DNA from: Lingula anatina
Lineage: Eukaryota > Animalia > Brachiopoda
Assembly (NCBI GenBank): GCA_051362555.1
Contig: CM120640.1
Location: forward strand, 1,984,001-2,048,000
Direction of reading: 5' to 3'
DNA length: 64,000 nt
Below are positions 58,440-64,000 of this stretch, piece by piece. The translations under genes and the position numbers were made by a program. How positions within the stretch are numbered: position 1 is the first letter of the stretch; each line of letters begins with the position of its first letter. The notes under the pieces are model-generated. The model was not told the origin of the DNA and made no database searches. It saw nothing but the letters and a program-made list of their open reading frames with translations.

Positions 58440-60822
58440 TTTAATCGGTGCTGGGGCTTTAACTGCTATTGCCAGAAACCTAGAGTCTTTTGAGTTTTGA
58501 AGTTATTGCTGATAGGTAAGTGTTGCACCCTTTGTAATGATTTTCTAGTCAGGGATACTACTTCAATTATATTGTTAAATTTATGGGTGGGGCAAATGCA
58601 TGGAATGCGAAGTTATGTTTTCTTAGAGACGTCATAATTATTCTGTTGAATTTTCTTTTTTTTAATATGTGGAAAATACTCTCTGTTGCATATGTTGCTG
58701 TGGTTAAAAAAAACAAGACGATAACCTATCGTGGATGTATTCAAGAAGTTTCTTTGAGCATAACATTTGTTTACACAGAGAAAGAGAGGTAATAACTATG
58801 CAAATATCATTCATTGTGGAGCCCGGTTGCCAGTGACATCCATCAGTTGAACACTATGACTTGTAAATGGTGACAGTTGATACAGTGCGTACTGAGTTGA
58901 GAAGAAATACAGACGTCATCACTGTATAATTGGCTTCTTACAGTCACAAGCATCAATGCATTGCAAACATTGACACATCACAGGGGTGACTTGATGTGTT
59001 GTTGCTGCATGTTTCCCGTGTTTTAGTTATAAAGCATGCAAAATAGGATATGAGGATATCATTGAACTGACCTTGTTAATCTTTGAATAAAGAAACGTTC
59101 TCAAAGAGCACCAAATTGACGTGGGTTTTTTAATTTTCCACCCACAATACGTCTTTTGACTGACATACACATTATGTGTTCATGACCAGTGTGTATTTAC
59201 TTACAACTTAGAAAACCAAACACTTTGAAAGGGAATCGGGGGAGGGGGGGGGGCACTGTGTTTTCATTATTTAAAAAAAAAGCTTTATATAGTTTATGCA
59301 GCAGAAACAATTGACAGTTAAAATATAATTACTGTATATTGATGTATTGTTTTCTGAATTATAATAGTTACATATTAGTTACAGTGAACTTGTAAGGAAT
59401 TTATGCTAACTACTGTACTAGGAGTACATTTCATAGGGAAGAACTTTTTCCAACATCAAAGCCTATTTGCTAAGTAGTAACTACAATATTAAATTTTGTT
59501 TATAAATGAATTGGTATCCTTGCAGAATATGCTTTGGTAAATTCATGAACAAAATTCCTAAAGCCACATTTGTCAAATTCACATGACGTGATGTACAGGA
59601 TAATATTTACTACTATTAAGGCTTCGTTCACATGCAATGTCTATTTTCTAAATTCTATTTTCTATTTGCGGTATGTGTTATGATCACGGTCTGTGGCCTG
59701 AATATCCCGCGGCGTTATTACTGGCAGCGCGAGCCAGTTACTATAAGTTATTACGTAATTACAAGGCGGGATATTCAGGGCACAGACCGTGATCATAAGA
59801 TAGCGCAAATAGAAATTAGAAAATAGACATTGCATGTGAACGAAGCCTAAGAGTATAAATCACAATGTTGCAAAGGCATACTGAATTTTCCATCATCAGG
59901 ATATAAGAATAGTGAACATGTGGAATGCACATAAAGAAATAAAAAAGGAAAAGAAGGAAGTCATGTTTCATAGCTGTTACAAATTGCAAAATTGTTTAGA
60001 AATAAACAAATGAACAGTTTGATAAGGAATCGGTTGTGATTGCTCATTAATTTTCAGTATGTATTGTCCATCATATTCTCTCTGTTGGCTGTTATATTTT
60101 TTTGTTCATATGGCCTACATTTGCTGCTAATTGATTTACATGTAGGCTTAGAGCAGTGCAAGTATTGATATTTTCATCAGATTACAAATGAAGTTATGCA
60201 GACACTCCAAGCATTAACAAAGCTGATTTGACAGGACCAGGTGCAGAAATAAATAATCTACCATATTGTATTGGTACTTGATCTCCACATGTAATAGAGC
60301 ACAATTTCACACGTTTCAAAATGTGAATGACTCTAAATTATCAGCTCGCTATTGTAACAGACTAAAACATTCATGTTCAAGCTTCTAAGGAAGCACTTGG
60401 TTTGAATGCATTTGTGACAAATGACTTTTTCACAGCACACAATTTTCAGTACCAACATGAAGAGCATAGAATTCCAACATAACTGTGCAATTCAGAACAA
60501 ATTTATTACCAGGAACACAGGAATGAAAAGCAAAAGAAGCCCAACTTTTGACCCCCGATATTGTGGCAGTGATACACATGCATAGTTGAGCAAAGGACAA
60601 TCAGCATACAGTGTCAGCTCTGTTGTAGCTCAACCTGTAAGAAAAATCAATGCCAGCTAGCTATTTATCCTTTTGCCAGTGCAGTTTCTTTACAGAGATG
60701 AATTGCCATTAACTACTCTGTCTTAATGCATCCATTTGTATTTTCAGTTTGTTAGTTGAGTGGCCAGATAAGAGAAGAAACTGAGCAAGGCGACCTTTCC
60801 AGTTGTTTTTGCAGTCAATCTG
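58440..60822 (+). other. Possible 5' non-coding exons of a divergently transcribed plus-strand gene
   Basis: Consensus donor ATAG|GTAAGT at 58515/58516 next to the CpG-rich promoter, and a candidate exon 60748-60822 (TTTTCAG| ... CTG|GTAAGT). No coding evidence. Confidence 0.3.
59620..59847. mobile_element. Palindromic Harbinger-like MITE (family C)
   Basis: GGCTTCGTTCACATGCAATGTC ... GACATTGCATGTGAACGAAGCC with TAA/TAA flanks and a short deletion in the right arm. Confidence 0.85.
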
Positions 60823-61694
60823 GTAAGTCAGTGGAGAGCCCTCTGTTTTGAGACCTGGACACGTGCCGTGCACGCCGCCTATATAACCAGAGGTCCCAGC
60901 AGGGTTTAAACTTTCATGACTCTCAATCAGAAAATATTAGTTTAGACCCGATTTATTCTCTGCCATTCATGCCCTTTCACAAGTGGAATCACTGGAGACC
61001 TTTTCTCCATTCCCAAGGCAGTATCAGGCAAGCCACAGGGAGCAAATTCAATCAATCCATTACTTATATAAATAATTACTAGTGATCCATAGCTTGGGCA
61101 CTTTTCCCAGCATGGAACAGCATTCCCATCACTTATTCAAAGGATCTAGATTGTGGTAAGATTTTCATAGCGTGGGTGGTTTGTGTACTGAGATGGGTTG
61201 ACTTGCTACTTTCAGTATTATTTCTTTTACATCAGGAGATGAATTTTCATGTGCTTTTCCCCACTGCTCTCCGATCAATATGGCTCTGATTTAGACACAC
61301 CACTGCAGGGGCGTTAAGTGACACAAGATGAATAAATCCAATATACTTATCTTAAACTTTTTAGCACCAAGTTCCCCCCTAGTAATTTTAGGTTTGTGTA
61401 AGGTTATGCCAACAGGAATATATTGATGTTTTACATTATTTTAAAAATAAAATCTTGCTCAAGTCAGGGCAAGTTAGTGATTGTACTAATAGAATCAAAC
61501 AAAGCCTGACCTTTGCTTTTGGCACTAAACCTTGGCTATGATGCAGAACAGATCTTTTGGGGTTTTTTTCTTGTGAATTATTGGTACTATTATCATCCTT
61601 TGGGTCAACTAGCAACATCAGCAGAGACATGCTCAGACCAGACTGGCTCCAGACTAGTCCTAGTATTTCATTTGTCTGACTACTAGTAGGTGAC

Positions 61695-61697
<3 letters not shown>

Positions 61698-61750
<53 letters not shown>
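61698..61750. repeat. (TA)n microsatellite
   Basis: Direct reading. Confidence 0.95.
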
Positions 61751-61757
<7 letters not shown>

Positions 61758-62686
61758 TAGCCTCCACAACAGATAGTGTCCAATATATAGCCTCAGAGAG
61801 GTTGGTCTAGTATGTGGCCACATATTAGTACAAAACTCCCCATAAAACAGATTTTGAGTACACTCAAATACTTTTCCCAAAAGGCCCAATGTCAGCATCA
61901 TCTTATGTATTCACTCAAAACACCACATGTATATATTTCCATCTCATTTCTTGTGAATTTGGTTTCAACCTAGCACACTCTATCTTGCCTTAACCTGCAC
62001 AGGATGTTGATGTCGACATACTCTGATGAACTCAAAATGTGTGTGAAACAGCATATTTCAATGACATATATTTTAATTAGCATATATCATATGTATCATT
62101 TTTTAAAATCAGTTGATTTTGGTATGGTATGGTATAAAAAACGTATTTGTGTAGAACAAATCTGTCTATACATTGCAGTATTATCAAGGTTCTACCAAAA
62201 AAAAAAAAAAGTAGCCAGTTCAGATATAGATACTTTACTAGTGAGGAAGGAGCTCTAATGTTGTTAGGTATTAACCATTTGGGATATGGTAAAAGGACTG
62301 ATCCCCTTGTGTAGTACTCCTTCACTGCTGTAATCAGACTAGTTTTCAGCATAAATCAGAAATCCATTTTTTTCCTTGGTGGCTTTCCACTAAAAGCAAG
62401 TCCCATAGCCCCCTGTTGTAAGACCACCACCATTTCTTTCTACTTCAAAGTTTTATTTTTTCTTACAAATTCAGAACTGATGTACTTGTATATTAGGCGT
62501 CTTAAAATAATAAGGATAATAGTAAATAATAATAATAATACTTTGAGCATATAATGAGTTATGTTTATAAGCTCTCTAAACTTCTGTCTGTATACCATTT
62601 GGAATAATAAAAAGACAGCCACAGTATCTGTTCTGGTGTATACATCAAGGGCTGCAAACACAGCATCATCATGATCTGATGTGTAA

Positions 62687-62910
62687 GACCCCATTCCCAT
62701 AGATTTTAGATCAATCTATCCCTGTGGGGAGACTCACTAGATTACTGTCAGCTTAGCCAGCTTAAGCGTCTGTCCCGCCTACTTAAAGCTATAAGGGGGT
62801 AATTAACTATGGTGCGCGCTTGGCTGACTGCAATTTAGTGTGAACCCCCAGGGAGTTGGGTCGATCTAAATCTAAATCTCTGGATCGATCTAAATCTCTG
62901 GGAATGCACC
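62687..62910. mobile_element. PIF/Harbinger-like MITE (family A)
   Basis: Homologous to 28839-29048. Confidence 0.8.
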
Positions 62911-63255
62911 CTTAGTTCAGAGTAATAATGGAGACTGATGCCAGCCAATCCTGGAAACCAGTTTTCTCTGTAATCATTGTGGCCATCAATGTGGCCTCTT
63001 AAGTCATTTATTACATGGGATTCCAAATGTCACTGTTCACTGTGAAGATCAAGAGAACTGGGTACGGTAATGACGCAATCTTTTCGATGGGTGAAAATGA
63101 TCAAACTTTGAGATACATCATTTTAAAACCATAAAAATTATATTTTTATATAGCAAATGTGGTGCTTTTAATGCATAGAATAGGACTATAAGGTAGTCTG
63201 CTTTTCAATTTTGTTGCCACCACTGAATAGGATTGCTCGTATTTTAAGAAATTAT

Positions 63256-63507
63256 GGCTTCGTTCACATGCAATGTCTATTTTCTATTTTCTATTTTCTA
63301 TTTTCGGTATGTCTTATGATCACGGTCTGTGCACTGAATATCCCGCCGCGTAATTACTGGCAGCGCGAGCCAGTTACTTATAGTAACTTATAGTAACTGG
63401 CTCGCGCTGCCAGTAATTACGCCGCGGGATATTCAGTGCACAGACCGTGATCATAAGACATACCGAAAATAGAAAATAGAAAATAGACATTGCATGTGAA
63501 CGAAGCC
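63256..63507. mobile_element. Palindromic Harbinger-like MITE (family C), near-perfect 252-bp hairpin
   Basis: Arms are complementary up to a short TTATAGTAAC centre. TAT/TAT flanks. Confidence 0.88.
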
Positions 63508-63573
63508 TATTACTTTAAAAAACAGTATCTGTAAAATTCACAATTTTCCACCATTGAAAAGATGGAGTAATTA

Positions 63574-63796
63574 TACCCCCTTTACACTGGACGGCGTCCT
63601 TTCTGCGTCCTTTCAGCGACCATGAAATTTGGCATCGCTGTGGTCTTAATAAGGAGGCATGAGCATTGATTTTGTGACAGAATGAATGCTCAATGATCGG
63701 CTAGTTGTCGGCAAGTAAAGCAATATAATTTTTTAACTCTCAAATGAGGCCGTACTGCTGGACGCAGAAAAAACGCCGTCCAGTGTAAAGGGGGCT
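63574..63796. mobile_element. TIR MITE (family D)
   Basis: CCCCCTTTACACTGGACGGCGT / ACGCCGTCCAGTGTAAAGGGGG with probable TTA flanks. Confidence 0.75.
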
Positions 63797-64000
63797 TTAC
63801 CATACACTGCTGCAGTGGTTGATAGACTGTCAGGGAAAAGTTACCATGGTTCCAATATAACACTGATTGCTCAAGGCCAGGGTAAGAATAGTGATTTAAA
63901 ATGAACTGAAAAGATGTAGTGAGTATGAAATGGAATAAAGCTAGATATGGATATATACCTTTGGATTTTGGCATTCTCTCTGTCAAGCAATTGCAGCAGC

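Overview
AT-rich, intron-containing animal genomic DNA, most likely a lophotrochozoan such as a mollusc (inferred from gene content and repeat families, not proven). It is not prokaryotic and has no CRISPR array. Genes were reconstructed by hand from splice sites and reading frames. They are: the first exon of a possible Bcl-2-family gene (-), a two-PWWP-domain PWWP3A/MUM1-like gene (+), two tandem single-exon rhodopsin-class GPCRs (-), FAM174-like (-) head-to-head with ALG6 (+, carrying a U12-type intron), and an unidentified, largely disordered protein gene (-). Much of the intronic DNA is non-autonomous transposons. These include two families of Helentron/HINE-like elements (one copy swollen to 9.7 kb by a 146-bp satellite with higher-order structure), a TA-flanked TIR element and several Harbinger-like MITEs, often nested. 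The most unusual signal is four independent tandem arrays whose repeat unit is an exon-intron junction itself: an ALG6 donor x7, a donor x19 and an acceptor x4 at the two ends of one intron, and a PWWP-gene donor region x4. Several transposon insertions also lie within about 16 bp of splice sites.
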